A stretch of 64,000 bases of DNA from Methanomassiliicoccaceae archaeon (GCA_040776945.1 JAXGZN010000002.1:960001-1024000), one strand, 5' to 3'. Counted from the first letter of the stretch, positions 18,568-28,762 are shown. The notes: generated by a model from the letters alone, not told the origin. Numbers and translations are program-made.

Positions 18568-19256
18568 CTGGTCGCCTCGTACGGCACGGGGTCCTTCACG
18601 CCAGCCTCCCGGAAGCCCTTGAGGCGAAGGAGGCAGGAGTCGCACCGCCCGCAAGCCCTCTCGCCGCCCTGATAGCATGACCAGGTGAGGTGCAGCGGCG
18701 CCTTCAGCTTCATGGCGAGGGTGACGATCTCTCCCTTGGTCATGTCCAGTATCGGCGCCTCCACCCGGATCGGACGTCCTTCCACGCCTGCCTTTGTGCC
18801 GACGCGAAGTACATGCTGGAATGCTTCGAGGAACTCAGGGCGGCAGTCCGGATAGCCGGAGTAGTCCACGGCGTTGATCCCGATGAATATCGCCTCGGCG
18901 CCCACCGACTCGCACAGGCCGGCGGCGATGCTGAGCATGATGATGTTGCGCGCCGGAACGTAGGTCGCCGGGATCTCCTCCGAGACGTCCTCCAGGGACC
19001 TCCGCTTCGGAACGTCCACGGCATCGGAGATGAGCGCGCTGGTGTTGAGGAAGCTCAGGTCCAAATGGGTCATCACGTGCTTCTTGACCGAGTAGTGCGC
19101 GGCCACCGCTCTTGCGGACTCCAGCTCCCGGGAGTGCTTCTGCCCGTAGCTCATGGTGAGAGGCACGACCTCGTACCCCCTGGAAACGGCATATGCCAGT
19201 GTGGTCGTGGAGTCCAGTCCGCCGGAGAGCAGCACCACGGCCCTCTTCAATCCCAT
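18564..19256 (-). CDS. queC: 7-cyano-7-deazaguanine synthase
   Basis: LSGGLDS, TYVPARN, SGYPDCRPEF, TWSCY..CGRCDSC. Confidence 0.96.
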   Translation of the reverse strand: MGLKRAVVLLSGGLDSTTTLAYAVSRGYEVVPLTMSYGQKHSRELESARAVAAHYSVKKHVMTHLDLSFLNTSALISDAVDVPKRRSLEDVSEEIPATYVPARNIIMLSIAAGLCESVGAEAIFIGINAVDYSGYPDCRPEFLEAFQHVLRVGTKAGVEGRPIRVEAPILDMTKGEIVTLAMKLKAPLHLTWSCYQGGERACGRCDSCLLRLKGFREAGVKDPVPYEATR

Positions 19257-19723
19257 ACCTCGCGCTTCACCCACGCGGTCTGGCCCCTCTCCTCGTCCAG
19301 TCCGATCTCCACGATGTTCACGTTGGGCGGGAATTTCAGGATCTTGAGAAGCCGGTTGACTATGAACTCAGCGAGCTCCTCCGCGCTGGTCTGCGTGAGG
19401 TCCAAGACCGCCACGTCCTCGTTGGGGAACACATACCGCTTGCTCGCCACCAGCACCTCGACCTCGCGACCCTTCCTGATGGTCACGGTCTTGGACCTCG
19501 ACGGCAGCAGGACGCGGTGATCGAGCTCGGCCACGATCTTCTTCAGGGCCTTCTTCAGGTCAACGAAGTCCATGACCATTCCGTCATCGGCCTTCTCGCC
19601 GTACAGCACGAGATGCAGCGTGTAGCTGTGCCCGTGGAGCCTTCCACACTTGGCGTGCCCAGGAATGAAGTGGGAGGCGGAGAACTTTATGCCCGAGTAC
19701 TCTCCGTCGATCTCGATCCTCAT
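19247..19723 (-). CDS. queD: 6-carboxy-5,6,7,8-tetrahydropterin synthase
   Basis: FSASH, CGRLHGHSY, GMVMDF, LDH, TSAEELA. Confidence 0.93.
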   Translation of the reverse strand: MRIEIDGEYSGIKFSASHFIPGHAKCGRLHGHSYTLHLVLYGEKADDGMVMDFVDLKKALKKIVAELDHRVLLPSRSKTVTIRKGREVEVLVASKRYVFPNEDVAVLDLTQTSAEELAEFIVNRLLKILKFPPNVNIVEIGLDEERGQTAWVKREVWD

Positions 19724-20010
19724 GATTACCGGACACGTATCTCGGTATTAAGCATTTTACACCTTCGCCTTTTTCTGGCAAGGCATATTGGGGTTTCCTG
19801 TCCGTCGGACCTGAGAGGGAGTCTAGATGCGTTATAAGGTATGCACTCGACGGCGGGCGTCTTGAACTCCCCGCTCCGATCAGAGGCCCAAGCGCCTTGG
19901 AAGGCCGGCCTCTTACCGCCCGAATCACTTATGGCCAAGCCCGCATGGTTGTCCCCAGCCGATGGCCATGATGGGGCTCCGGCGTCCCATGGTGGTATGG
20001 GCCGCCCACA

Positions 20011-20772
20011 TTAATGGTTCCTGAGGGCCAGCACCGCGGCCAATGCAATGGAGTCGGCATAGCTGGCCTTGGCCCGCGAGGTGTCGATGTACGGCCTGTC
20101 TATGTTTAGCACCGGGGCCCCCAGCGCCTTCCCCCCTCCTAGAAAATGGAGGGTACGGAACACCAGGTTCCCGGATATCCCGTCGGGGGCGATGATGACG
20201 TCGCATTCCTTGGCGGCGTCCTCTATGAGTATCTGCACGTCCCGCGCGTCTATCCCTTCTCTTAACAAACGCGCAACGACCTCGGCGGAATCGTCGATAG
20301 TGCGGTCCACCGCCGCCATCCGGCCGATGTCCGAACTGCGGCCGCCGCACATCACGCCGACCACTGGATTCTTGATGAGCGGCGACAACGTCCGCACCGA
20401 AAGCCGGGCCAGCTCTATCTTCTCCTCAACGGTCCATCCTTCATCGATGCCTACGGGGGAGAAGAGGAACATCCTTCCGCCCACCGGCTCCAGGAAGGCC
20501 GCGCGCAGCACCTTGTCGACGCCGAACACCGACCGTACGGCGGCCATCGCCTCGTTGGAACCGAGGTCGCCCCGGACCGCGGCATCGATCATCCCTGAGC
20601 GAAGGTCCTCCGCAAGCCGGAGAGGGTCGCGATAGACGGACACGCTCCCATACCCTTTGGCGCTCGCCTCCTCGCTGCTCTCGACGGCCTTGCGTTCGTC
20701 GGTCCCCGCGCCGATCCCTATCCGCATCCTGCTGGACCTGGCGCGGGAGAGCACGAGGTCAGATGTCATCAT
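20011..20772 (-). CDS. mtxX: Methanogenesis marker protein Mmp4/MtxX
   Basis: IDAAVRG, PVGIDEGW, GGRSSDIGR, APDGISGNLVFRTL, IDTSRA. Confidence 0.88.
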   Translation of the reverse strand: MMTSDLVLSRARSSRMRIGIGAGTDERKAVESSEEASAKGYGSVSVYRDPLRLAEDLRSGMIDAAVRGDLGSNEAMAAVRSVFGVDKVLRAAFLEPVGGRMFLFSPVGIDEGWTVEEKIELARLSVRTLSPLIKNPVVGVMCGGRSSDIGRMAAVDRTIDDSAEVVARLLREGIDARDVQILIEDAAKECDVIIAPDGISGNLVFRTLHFLGGGKALGAPVLNIDRPYIDTSRAKASYADSIALAAVLALRNH

Positions 20773-21013
20773 CGGCCGGTCATCGCCACGGCCAAATTAA
20801 TATTTCACGCTGGTCTTGAACGACCTTGAGCAGCCTTTGATGGGCGCTCGTTCCTAGTCCGTGGTCATGGAGGCGGCGGGCATGGCCGCGAGGTTCGTCG
20901 GCGTTACTATGGGCGCTCCTCTTCGTCCGGAGGCCGGTGCCGTGGATTGGTTCCCTGTCGTGGGACGTGAGAGATGGGTGGTCCAACCGTTCCTGACGGC
21001 CGGAAAGGGCCTG

Positions 21014-22000
21014 TCATCCCAATATCATGTCCATTCGGTACTCGGACCACTGCCTCTCCCCAAGAACTATCTCCATCTCTGGAGGTGTCAAGATGGGCTT
21101 CTTGTATCTCAAGTTATCATCGATGGCGACGCGGGGGCATGCCGTAGACACATAGGCGTCGGCCCGATAGGGCAGCAAGCGGTCGGGATGGAGTTCCTCC
21201 AGGAGCACTATCTCCGCGCTCCTTCCATGCGCCTCGGCCTTTCGCTTCAGTTCCTGTGCCAATCCCATCCTCATCTGCCCCGCCTTGGTTGACACAAGCA
21301 CCAGGAAACGCCTCGCTTCCGCCGCCCGGGCGATCGCGGCGAACCTCTGCCGCATGATCTTGTCCTTCAGCTCTCCAATCTCCCGGACCTCGTTCATAAG
21401 CGGATCGATGATGAGGACCGGCAGGTCGAACTCGATGGCCACGCTGAGCGGATGGAAATCGCCGCTCCCGACATACAGTAACTGGTCCACACGGTCAGCT
21501 ATCGAGGTCACTGAGGTTATGTTACAGCCGAGGACCTGCCCCTCGAACCTGATGCGCGGGTCTCCCCTGCCGATGAGAGCCTCCTTCCCATGAGACCCTA
21601 GCCACTCTTTGACGCGGGAGAGCGTTCGGACATGCTGCACCGTGGTCAGAAGGCCGATGCGGTCCTTGAGCTTCGGAAGAGCCTGTTCCAGCAGTCCTTC
21701 GATGGCGACGTCCATGAAGATCTCGACGAAAAGCACGCGGTCATCGCAGGTCATCGAAGGGATGTCAGCATGGCCAAACTGCACCAGGGCATCCGCAAAC
21801 TCGCGGAAGCGGACGGCGTAATCGCAGGCCCCATAGCATGGGTCTCCGATGATGAGGCACGAGGCGCCGGTCCTTGCCTCGATCTCGTGGGAGACATCCT
21901 GAGCGTGAGTCTTCAGGCCTTCAGGCATCTGGACGGCGACCGTGCGGGCGCCGACCTTATCTATCCAGGCGGCGACCTCCTCCAGTCTGAAGTCGTACAT
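21014..22000 (-). CDS. dph2: Diphthamide biosynthesis enzyme Dph2
   Basis: QMPEGLK, CYGACD, GQVLGC, GDFHP, TACPRVAIDD. Confidence 0.95.
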   Translation of the reverse strand: MYDFRLEEVAAWIDKVGARTVAVQMPEGLKTHAQDVSHEIEARTGASCLIIGDPCYGACDYAVRFREFADALVQFGHADIPSMTCDDRVLFVEIFMDVAIEGLLEQALPKLKDRIGLLTTVQHVRTLSRVKEWLGSHGKEALIGRGDPRIRFEGQVLGCNITSVTSIADRVDQLLYVGSGDFHPLSVAIEFDLPVLIIDPLMNEVREIGELKDKIMRQRFAAIARAAEARRFLVLVSTKAGQMRMGLAQELKRKAEAHGRSAEIVLLEELHPDRLLPYRADAYVSTACPRVAIDDNLRYKKPILTPPEMEIVLGERQWSEYRMDMILG

Positions 22001-22044
22001 GATGCCCCTGCTGAAAAATAAGGAAAAGATGGTGTGGAAGGGGT

Positions 22045-22563
22045 TTACGCCACCAGTTCGGCGCCCTTCTCGATGTCGATATAGCAGGGCGAAGGCAGCT
22101 TCATGGACGCCTTCCACAAGGCCTCCTTGGCCACTTTGAACGCCTGCTGAGTGACCCTGATGGTCATGACAACGTCGCCGGACTGCATCCTGGCTGCGGT
22201 GCCGACGGCCTTACCGAAGGCGGCCCTCATCCCGCCGGACACACGGTCCGCCCCGGCGCCGGTGGCCATCTTGTGCTCGCGGAGCACGATGTGCGGATAG
22301 GGTCTGATCTTAAGGTGATAGGATGCCGAAGTGGTCCCTTTGCTGAGAGCACGATTGGCCGCGATACGGGCCGCCTCAAGAGAGGTGTGTCTGACTTGGC
22401 AGGGCTCTTTGAACTTGAGGTTCATGGTGATGGGGAAGTCCCCATTGATGGTGCCAAGGTCGAAGGTGACGATACGCGGTGCGGGCACTCCGCCCATGTA
22501 CTCCCTGCGGGTATAGGCCTGGCCCCTGATCTGGCGGTACATTCTTCCGGGCTTGCGTGACAT
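22045..22563 (-). CDS. rpl10e: 50S ribosomal protein L10e (uL16)
   Basis: AYTRREYMGGVP, LEAARIAANR, AGADRVSGGMRAAFGK. Confidence 0.97.
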   Translation of the reverse strand: MSRKPGRMYRQIRGQAYTRREYMGGVPAPRIVTFDLGTINGDFPITMNLKFKEPCQVRHTSLEAARIAANRALSKGTTSASYHLKIRPYPHIVLREHKMATGAGADRVSGGMRAAFGKAVGTAARMQSGDVVMTIRVTQQAFKVAKEALWKASMKLPSPCYIDIEKGAELVA

Positions 22564-22673
22564 AAAGGCTCACCTGTGAGATTACGATTTGAAGGTTGGG
22601 TTCATTATTGTTTTTGTATTTATAACTGGTGGCCCGCCCCGGACCACCAGCATAAAAAAAGAAAGACCGCCGA

Positions 22674-23027
22674 TCAATTCTTTGTGATCACTGGCTTGTC
22701 GCTGATGAGGGACATGTCCTCGACCTTGCCGTCGATCAGCTCCAGTTTCACCCTTACCTCGCCCCTCTCCATGAAAATGGATGCCTTGCGAAGCATGGAC
22801 TGGTACATCGCGATCCTTTTGCCTGAGGCGGACATCTTCATGTCAGCGCACCTTAGAAGACCAAGGTTCTCGAGCATCCTGATCCGATTATAGCAAGCGG
22901 ATATCGGGATCCCCAGGTTCTCGCTCATGTCCGAGGCGGTCCTCGGCCTATCTATCGACCACACCAGAATACGCGCTGCGTATTCGTCGTTCATCACACC
23001 TGAAGCTGTGAGTGCATCCATTTCCAT
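22674..23027 (-). CDS. Winged helix-turn-helix (ArsR-like) transcriptional regulator
   Basis: DEYAARIL..PRTASDMSENLGIPISACYNRIRMLENLGLL. Confidence 0.8.
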   Translation of the reverse strand: MEMDALTASGVMNDEYAARILVWSIDRPRTASDMSENLGIPISACYNRIRMLENLGLLRCADMKMSASGKRIAMYQSMLRKASIFMERGEVRVKLELIDGKVEDMSLISDKPVITKN

Positions 23028-23122
23028 CCCTGGACGGCGAATCACTATCTAATGATATAATTCATTGCATTGTTCCGGTCGTGATTCTTGTAATATAGAA
23101 CGAGTTATCGGGCGATACAAGG

Positions 23123-23530
23123 ATGAACACCTCCGACTATATGTCCTTAATGACAGAGGCCGAAGGATGCGATGATGAGGTCCGGGCGGAGATAAGGAGA
23201 AGGCTTGAGAGGATCGTCGAGGTCTTCGGGGAGGTCCCCTTGGTATCAAGGACTCTGGCGGATTGTCCAGGCATATTCATACCGTTCAGCGATCTGTCTA
23301 AAAGACTGCTCCTGGAGCCGGAGCATCTGAGCGCCAAAGAGATGGAGATCGCTGCGGTCGCTGCGGGGGTGGCACTGGGGAGCGAGCATTGCCTTAATAT
23401 CCATATTCCGCAGGCCTTGAGGTCGGGAGCTACCTTGGAAGAGCTCGTGGAGGTCATCATGGTCGCCTCCTTCATGTCGATGACCAAGGGGCAGTCCATT
23501 GCCTTCAGGAAGCTTGCAGAGCACAGATAG
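23123..23530 (+). CDS. Carboxymuconolactone decarboxylase/AhpD-like protein
   Basis: LSAKEMEIAAVAAGVALGSEHCLNIH...GATLEEL; SxxC in place of CxxC. Confidence 0.85.
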   Translation: MNTSDYMSLMTEAEGCDDEVRAEIRRRLERIVEVFGEVPLVSRTLADCPGIFIPFSDLSKRLLLEPEHLSAKEMEIAAVAAGVALGSEHCLNIHIPQALRSGATLEELVEVIMVASFMSMTKGQSIAFRKLAEHR

Positions 23531-23589
23531 GGCCGAGAACAGCGCGGCCGGGCGAGGTTATTTTTACCTCTTGCTCGAAGACTGAACCG

Positions 23590-23943
23590 ATGGGACCGGT
23601 GGAGATCCAACGGATGATCAGGTCGAGAGTGGCCATGCTCACCAACGCCAATCCTGACCTATCGATCGAGGACGACGTGATCGAAGGCGATTGGGGCCTG
23701 CTGACCCTCAAGGAACGAGGGCATCTGGTAGGCTTCGAGTTCCTGGAGACCGAGGATAGTTGGAGGCGCCCGGATGCGGTCATCCAGTACTTCGAGGCTT
23801 CCGACGACGGCTACTATGTTGGAGTGATCGTGCCGGAGGAGTGGTATGATGAGGTGACCGAACGCATCTATACTATGGGAGAGCTGCCCGTTGTGGTCCT
23901 TACCTATGAGGGGCTGGGAGTGGCACCTCTGCGGTTGGGTTGA
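23590..23943 (+). CDS. Hypothetical acidic protein
   Basis: Protein-like ORF with TATA-like ttattttta upstream; no confident family. Confidence 0.7.
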   Translation: MGPVEIQRMIRSRVAMLTNANPDLSIEDDVIEGDWGLLTLKERGHLVGFEFLETEDSWRRPDAVIQYFEASDDGYYVGVIVPEEWYDEVTERIYTMGELPVVVLTYEGLGVAPLRLG

Positions 23944-24122
23944 GAACCTCGCATCGCAAGAGCGGAGGCATAACGGCCAGATTGACGATATATGATCGTC
24001 CTGCGGCGCTTGTTCCGACGATTGGCGGACCATTGATTGGTCCAGCCCTTGGACGCTCTTCCGCACGGGCGAAACCTATTTGATGGCCATCCTCTCTCCT
24101 GCCCTGACGGCAAGGTCGGCAG

Positions 24123-24635
24123 ATGGTAAGGAACAGGATAACCAACAAGGAGGCGAGGGGCATAGCCCGTCGCCGGATGGCCCGGCTCATGGACCTTGCC
24201 GCGGTAGAGGCCAAGGAAGGAAGGCTGGAATGGAGCCGCCGATATGTTCGCTTGGCCATCTCCATCGGCAAGCGGACCAACACCCGCATGCTGAAGGAGC
24301 GATCATACTGCAAGGGGTGCATGGTCGCCCTCGTTCCCGGCCACAATTGCCGTGTTCGGCTGCGATCGTGCCGGATTAGCATCCACTGCCTAGTCTGCGG
24401 CCATGTCAGGCGATTGCCCTATCTGAGGGAGAAGAGAGGTGCGAAGCATGCCGGTGAAGAAGACGAAGAAGGAATTGGTTCGGATGGGGTCGGAGATCGA
24501 TCCCACAGTGCACGTGGGAAAGGAAGGCCTGACCGAGGGGATCGTGCAAGAAGTGAAGGCGCAACTGAAGAGGTCCAAGCTTATCAAGGTCAAGGTCCTT
24601 CCCGCGGCGGGACAGGACAAGGACGAGGTGGCTGA
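24123..24635 (+). CDS. rnp4: Ribonuclease P protein component 4 (Rpp21) with long C-terminal extension
   Basis: IARRRM..L, SRRYV, CKGC..LVPG.N.RVRL..CLVCG zinc ribbon. Confidence 0.9.
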   Translation: MVRNRITNKEARGIARRRMARLMDLAAVEAKEGRLEWSRRYVRLAISIGKRTNTRMLKERSYCKGCMVALVPGHNCRVRLRSCRISIHCLVCGHVRRLPYLREKRGAKHAGEEDEEGIGSDGVGDRSHSARGKGRPDRGDRARSEGATEEVQAYQGQGPSRGGTGQGRGG

Positions 24636-24732
24636 GGAGCTGGCGGCCAGGACCGGGGCCAAGGTCGTGGAGACGCGTGGTTTCACCGTGCTGCTCAGTG
24701 AGGCAAGTCTTTTTGATGAGAAAGCGCATTGA
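24448..24732 (+). CDS. YhbY/CRM-domain RNA-binding protein
   Basis: IDPTVHVGKEGLTEGIVQEVKAQL..KLIKVK..VETRGFTVLL. Confidence 0.9.
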   Translation: MPVKKTKKELVRMGSEIDPTVHVGKEGLTEGIVQEVKAQLKRSKLIKVKVLPAAGQDKDEVAEELAARTGAKVVETRGFTVLLSEASLFDEKAH

Positions 24733-24752
24733 TGCCCCGAAGATGACTGGAC

Positions 24753-26015
24753 ATGCTTGATATCGACCTTATCCGCAATGACCCGGACAGGGTGCGCGCA
24801 TCCTTGAGGGACCGCAATTATCCGGAGCAGCTGTTGGACGAATTTCTGCGCATCGACGGGGAGTGGCGGAAGCTCATAGATGAAGGGAACCATCTCAAGT
24901 ACGAAAGGAACCGGGCCTCCGAGACCGTGCCCAAGTTAAAGGGCGAGGAGAAGCAGAAGGTTATCGGAGAGATGCGCCGGATCTCCGACAGGATCAAGCA
25001 TATCGATACCATGGTCCATGAGCTGGAGGAAGCTAGAACGGAGATCGTTCTTAATTTCCCCAACCTCCCGGACGCCTCGGTGCCGAAGGGGAAGGACCCG
25101 GCCGATAATGTGGTCGTGAGGACGTTCGGCGCTCCGCGGCCCTTCGACTTCGTTCCGAAGAAGCACTACGAGCTCGGAGAGGACCTGGACATAATCGACT
25201 TCGTGCGCGGGGCCAAGGTCACGGGAAGCGGGTTCTTCGTGCTCAAGGGCGACGGCGCTAGGTTGGACCGCGCGCTGACCCAGTATATGCTTGACCTCCA
25301 CCATCGGCAGGGTTATGTAGAGGTCTTCCCGCCGGCCATCGTGAACACGGCCGCCGTCATAGGGACCGGACAATATCCTAAGATGAAGGATGATATGTAC
25401 TGGTGCGAGCGGGACGACCTGTGGCTGAACCCCACGGCCGAGGTTCCAGTGACCAACCTGCACCAGGATGAGATTTTTGAGAAGGGGCAGCTGCCGCTGT
25501 CCTATACCGCATACCTGCCTTCGTTCCGCCGGGAGGCGGGAAGGAGTGCCGATACCCGGGGCATCATACGCGTACATCAGTTTAACAAGGTCGAGCTCGT
25601 CAAGTTCGTATTCCCAGGGACAAGTTCGCATGATCTTGAGGTGCTGAGATCTGACGCGGAGGCCGTGCTGCAGGGACTGGAGCTGCCATACCGCGTGCTC
25701 CTGCTGTGCACCGGGGACATGGGATTCGCCAGCGCCAAGACCTATGACCTGGAGGCGTTCGCACCGGGTCAAGAGCAGTGGCTGGAGGTGTCCTCATGCT
25801 CTTGCTTCACCGACTTCCAAGCCCGTAGGGCCCGTATAAAGTTCCGCCCAGAGGCCCATCTCAAGAGCGAGTTCGTCCACACTCTGAACGGCTCTGGTTT
25901 GGCCCTCCCTCGTACCATGGTCGCGGTCATGGAGAACTATCAGAACAAGGACGGCACCATCACCGTTCCCAAGATCCTCCGTCCATATATGCAAGGGCAA
26001 GAGATCATCGAATAG
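24753..26015 (+). CDS. serS: Serine--tRNA ligase (bacterial/standard type)
   Basis: MLDIDLIR, PTAEVP, FRREAG..TRGIIRVHQFNKVE, HTLNGSGLA. Confidence 0.97.
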   Translation: MLDIDLIRNDPDRVRASLRDRNYPEQLLDEFLRIDGEWRKLIDEGNHLKYERNRASETVPKLKGEEKQKVIGEMRRISDRIKHIDTMVHELEEARTEIVLNFPNLPDASVPKGKDPADNVVVRTFGAPRPFDFVPKKHYELGEDLDIIDFVRGAKVTGSGFFVLKGDGARLDRALTQYMLDLHHRQGYVEVFPPAIVNTAAVIGTGQYPKMKDDMYWCERDDLWLNPTAEVPVTNLHQDEIFEKGQLPLSYTAYLPSFRREAGRSADTRGIIRVHQFNKVELVKFVFPGTSSHDLEVLRSDAEAVLQGLELPYRVLLLCTGDMGFASAKTYDLEAFAPGQEQWLEVSSCSCFTDFQARRARIKFRPEAHLKSEFVHTLNGSGLALPRTMVAVMENYQNKDGTITVPKILRPYMQGQEIIE

Positions 26016-26136
26016 GGCGCCGCCTCAACGCTGGCCATGTCCGCTCGCTCCAGGCCAGATCCGTCCCCTAGTAGGGGAGAGGCACTATCTCAGGATACAA
26101 ATTAAATAAGGTGCCATCGTTCCGCTGAAGGGATGC

Positions 26137-27405
26137 ATGATGAACGGATTGACGATCGAGACGGTGCTGCTTCAGATATTGGTGCTCTTCGTAATGGCCA
26201 AGGTCAGCGGGCTCGTCTGCGAAAGGATCGGCATCCCTCCGGTCATCGGTGAGATACTGGCAGGGACCATTGTAGCTAACACCTTACTCTTCCAATGGCT
26301 CAGCTTGGACCTTGGCATGTCCCTGTTCGAGGTGCTGAGCGAACTGGGCGTCATCTTCCTGCTGTTCGCCGTGGGTCTGGAGACCCCGTTCTCGGAACTG
26401 CGCAAGGTGGGCAGGACCGCAACTCTCGTTGCCTGCCTCGGCGTTGTGGTCCCTTTCATCGCCGGTCTTTCGCTCATCATCGGCCTGGGGCATAGCACCA
26501 ACGAGGCCTTGTTCATCGGAGCGGCCATGGTGGCCACGAGCGTCGGCATCACCGCCCGGGTGATCAAAGACCTGGACCTTACGAGGTCCATCGAGTCCAG
26601 GGTGATCATCGGCGCCGCTGTGATCGACGACGTGCTGGGGATGATCGTCCTAGCCATAGTGGTGGGCATCGCCGAGGGTGGCCGCACAGGGATCATCGAT
26701 ATCGGCCTGGTCACGTTGACCGCTCTGCTCTTCGTGCTGCTGGTGATCTTCTTCGGCTCCATAGTGATCCCTAAGGCAAGGGAGCGTGCGAACGGAAGAA
26801 GGCCGAATGGGCCGATAGACGACAGTACGGTCTGCGTAAGGAAGAGGAAGTTTGCCGTATCTCCGCTGCCCATCGCGATCATCGTATGTTTGGCCCTGTC
26901 CTTCGCTGCGGCACATGTAGGGCTCGCGGCCATAATCGGCGCCTTCCTTGCCGGCATGGTCTTCGCTGAGTTCAAGGACAAGTGGCCATGCGAGGAGGAT
27001 TTTCGGCCTATCAACGCGTTCCTCGTGCCGTTCTTCTTCCTGTTCGTTGGAATGATGGTCGATCTGTCCTCCTTCTCCGAGGTGTTCGTGCTCGCTGTGG
27101 TCATCACCTTGATAGCGGTAGCAACGAAGTACATCGGCTGCGGGCTTGGCTCGATAAAGCTAGGAAAGGGCTCGGCCAACATCATAGGCGTAGGGATGGT
27201 TCCCCGAGGCGAGGTCGGCATCATCGTGGCCACCATCGGCCTCACCATGAAAGTGGTTCCACCAAGCATGTTCTCGGTGGTCGTCTTCATGTCCATGGCC
27301 ACCACCATCGTGGCGCCATTCCTGCTCACCTGGGCGTTCCGCCGCAAGTACGGCATCTGTCCTGAGGACCCGGGAGAGGTCCAGGAACATGGCCTGAGGA
27401 TCTAG
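26137..27405 (+). CDS. Cation:proton antiporter (CPA2/NapA family)
   Basis: LLFAVGLET, ATSVGIT, AAVIDD, GMVPRGEV; multiple TM segments. Confidence 0.92.
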   Translation: MMNGLTIETVLLQILVLFVMAKVSGLVCERIGIPPVIGEILAGTIVANTLLFQWLSLDLGMSLFEVLSELGVIFLLFAVGLETPFSELRKVGRTATLVACLGVVVPFIAGLSLIIGLGHSTNEALFIGAAMVATSVGITARVIKDLDLTRSIESRVIIGAAVIDDVLGMIVLAIVVGIAEGGRTGIIDIGLVTLTALLFVLLVIFFGSIVIPKARERANGRRPNGPIDDSTVCVRKRKFAVSPLPIAIIVCLALSFAAAHVGLAAIIGAFLAGMVFAEFKDKWPCEEDFRPINAFLVPFFFLFVGMMVDLSSFSEVFVLAVVITLIAVATKYIGCGLGSIKLGKGSANIIGVGMVPRGEVGIIVATIGLTMKVVPPSMFSVVVFMSMATTIVAPFLLTWAFRRKYGICPEDPGEVQEHGLRI

Positions 27406-27433
27406 CGCCTCATCCTTCTGGAGGCCACCTCGG

Positions 27434-28762
27434 TCAGCTGACGATGACCTTGTGGCCCTCGGTCTGGAAGACCTCTTGGACACGGGTGATGATGGACGAT
27501 CGGACGGCGGGCTCCTTCTCCACATCCCGAACGAACACGTTTATGTCGTACAGGATGTTGGGTCCCTGGAACTCCAACGCCCGGATGATCGGCCGTGGCT
27601 CCTTGAGCACCCCTTCTATGTTGGAGATGGCCTCCCTTATGTAGCTCTCTACCCTCTCATGAGGTATCTCGAAGGATACCTTCAGCGGTACGCTGATGGC
27701 ATGGTTCGCCACTCTGGAGTAATTATAGATCCTTTCCCGAAGGATCTCGTTGTTTGGCACGTCCACTATCTCTCCTTCCATGGTCTTGACCTTGGTAAAG
27801 ACCAGACCCTTGTCGATGACGTCGCACATCATACCCTCGACTATGCGTATACGGTCCCCGACCTCGAATGGGCTGGTGTCCATGAGCGCAAGGCCGGATA
27901 CGATGTTCTGTAAGGTGGAATATGACAGTGCCATGCCCATGCAGATGAATATGAGGACCACGACGACGATCAGGACGCCTACCGTTTCCATCTCCAACAT
28001 CAGGAAAATGTTGAACACCACGATGAGGGACCCGATTATCATCAGGGCGTAGCGGATGGTCCCGCTCATAAGATCGATGACCTGGGGATTGAACTTCTTC
28101 GATCGGAACTTAATGTCCTCCAGGATCGTGGTCTCTACCTTAATGGCGAGATAGGTCCCCATCACGATGGCCAGAGTGACGATGATGTTAGGCTCGTTGG
28201 CCGTTAGGAATGCGCCGAGGTCTTTGAACACCTCGTCCAGGCTCATGAAGATGGATACGGCGATCAGCAGCACCATCACGATGGACCCGATATAGATGAT
28301 GTAACTGAGCAGCAGGGTCGAGAACTCCATGGCCGATGGCATGGCCTTGTGGCTGCCGGCATTGGCGCGGCTCCGCCTCGCGATCCGGTTCAGCACCAGC
28401 ACCATGAGCTGGGCCACCAGGATTATGATGACTATGGTGAAGACCTTGAAAATGCCTATAGTGGCCCCGGACCAGCTTGGTGCATCGGTCCACCTAAGGA
28501 CTATCGAGGCCACAGCGTAGGTGGATATCGCCAACAAAGAGACGATGAATATGAGGGCCATTCGCCGGGAGCTGTCCAGCACCTCGGAGTCGAAGTAACG
28601 GCCCTCGTGGGCCTTCCATATCTCGAAGTTCTTGCTCAGGTACGACCAAAGGTATAGGGATAGGGTGAACACGCCCACAAGGGCGAGTATGGGCCACCCG
28701 TAGCTGTTCATCCATTGCGCGTCCCCAACCTCTAAGGGCAGGGGGGGCAGGCCAAGGACCAT
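27434..28762 (-). CDS. Small-conductance mechanosensitive channel (MscS family) with extra TM helices
   Basis: LQNIVSGL..PFEVGDRI, TKVKT..GEIVDVPN, NYSR. Confidence 0.88.
   Translation of the reverse strand: MVLGLPPLPLEVGDAQWMNSYGWPILALVGVFTLSLYLWSYLSKNFEIWKAHEGRYFDSEVLDSSRRMALIFIVSLLAISTYAVASIVLRWTDAPSWSGATIGIFKVFTIVIIILVAQLMVLVLNRIARRSRANAGSHKAMPSAMEFSTLLLSYIIYIGSIVMVLLIAVSIFMSLDEVFKDLGAFLTANEPNIIVTLAIVMGTYLAIKVETTILEDIKFRSKKFNPQVIDLMSGTIRYALMIIGSLIVVFNIFLMLEMETVGVLIVVVVLIFICMGMALSYSTLQNIVSGLALMDTSPFEVGDRIRIVEGMMCDVIDKGLVFTKVKTMEGEIVDVPNNEILRERIYNYSRVANHAISVPLKVSFEIPHERVESYIREAISNIEGVLKEPRPIIRALEFQGPNILYDINVFVRDVEKEPAVRSSIITRVQEVFQTEGHKVIVS

Noticed and set aside
19851-19878. GTTCAAG T-loop-like hairpin on the minus strand upstream of queD (tRNA fragment or preQ1 riboswitch)
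   Set aside because: No cloverleaf or preQ1 consensus; queD has its own TATA-like box about 25 nt from its ATG.
26064-26078. Palindrome tccccta-g-tagggga between serS and the antiporter
   Set aside because: A single short palindrome; cannot be told apart from chance, a terminator or an operator.
26172-27356. 394-aa antisense ORF over the antiporter, and similar long shadow ORFs (1968-3134, 61030-62046, 45685-46671)
   Set aside because: Mirror-frame artefacts of GC-rich codon usage opposite well-supported genes; no motifs.
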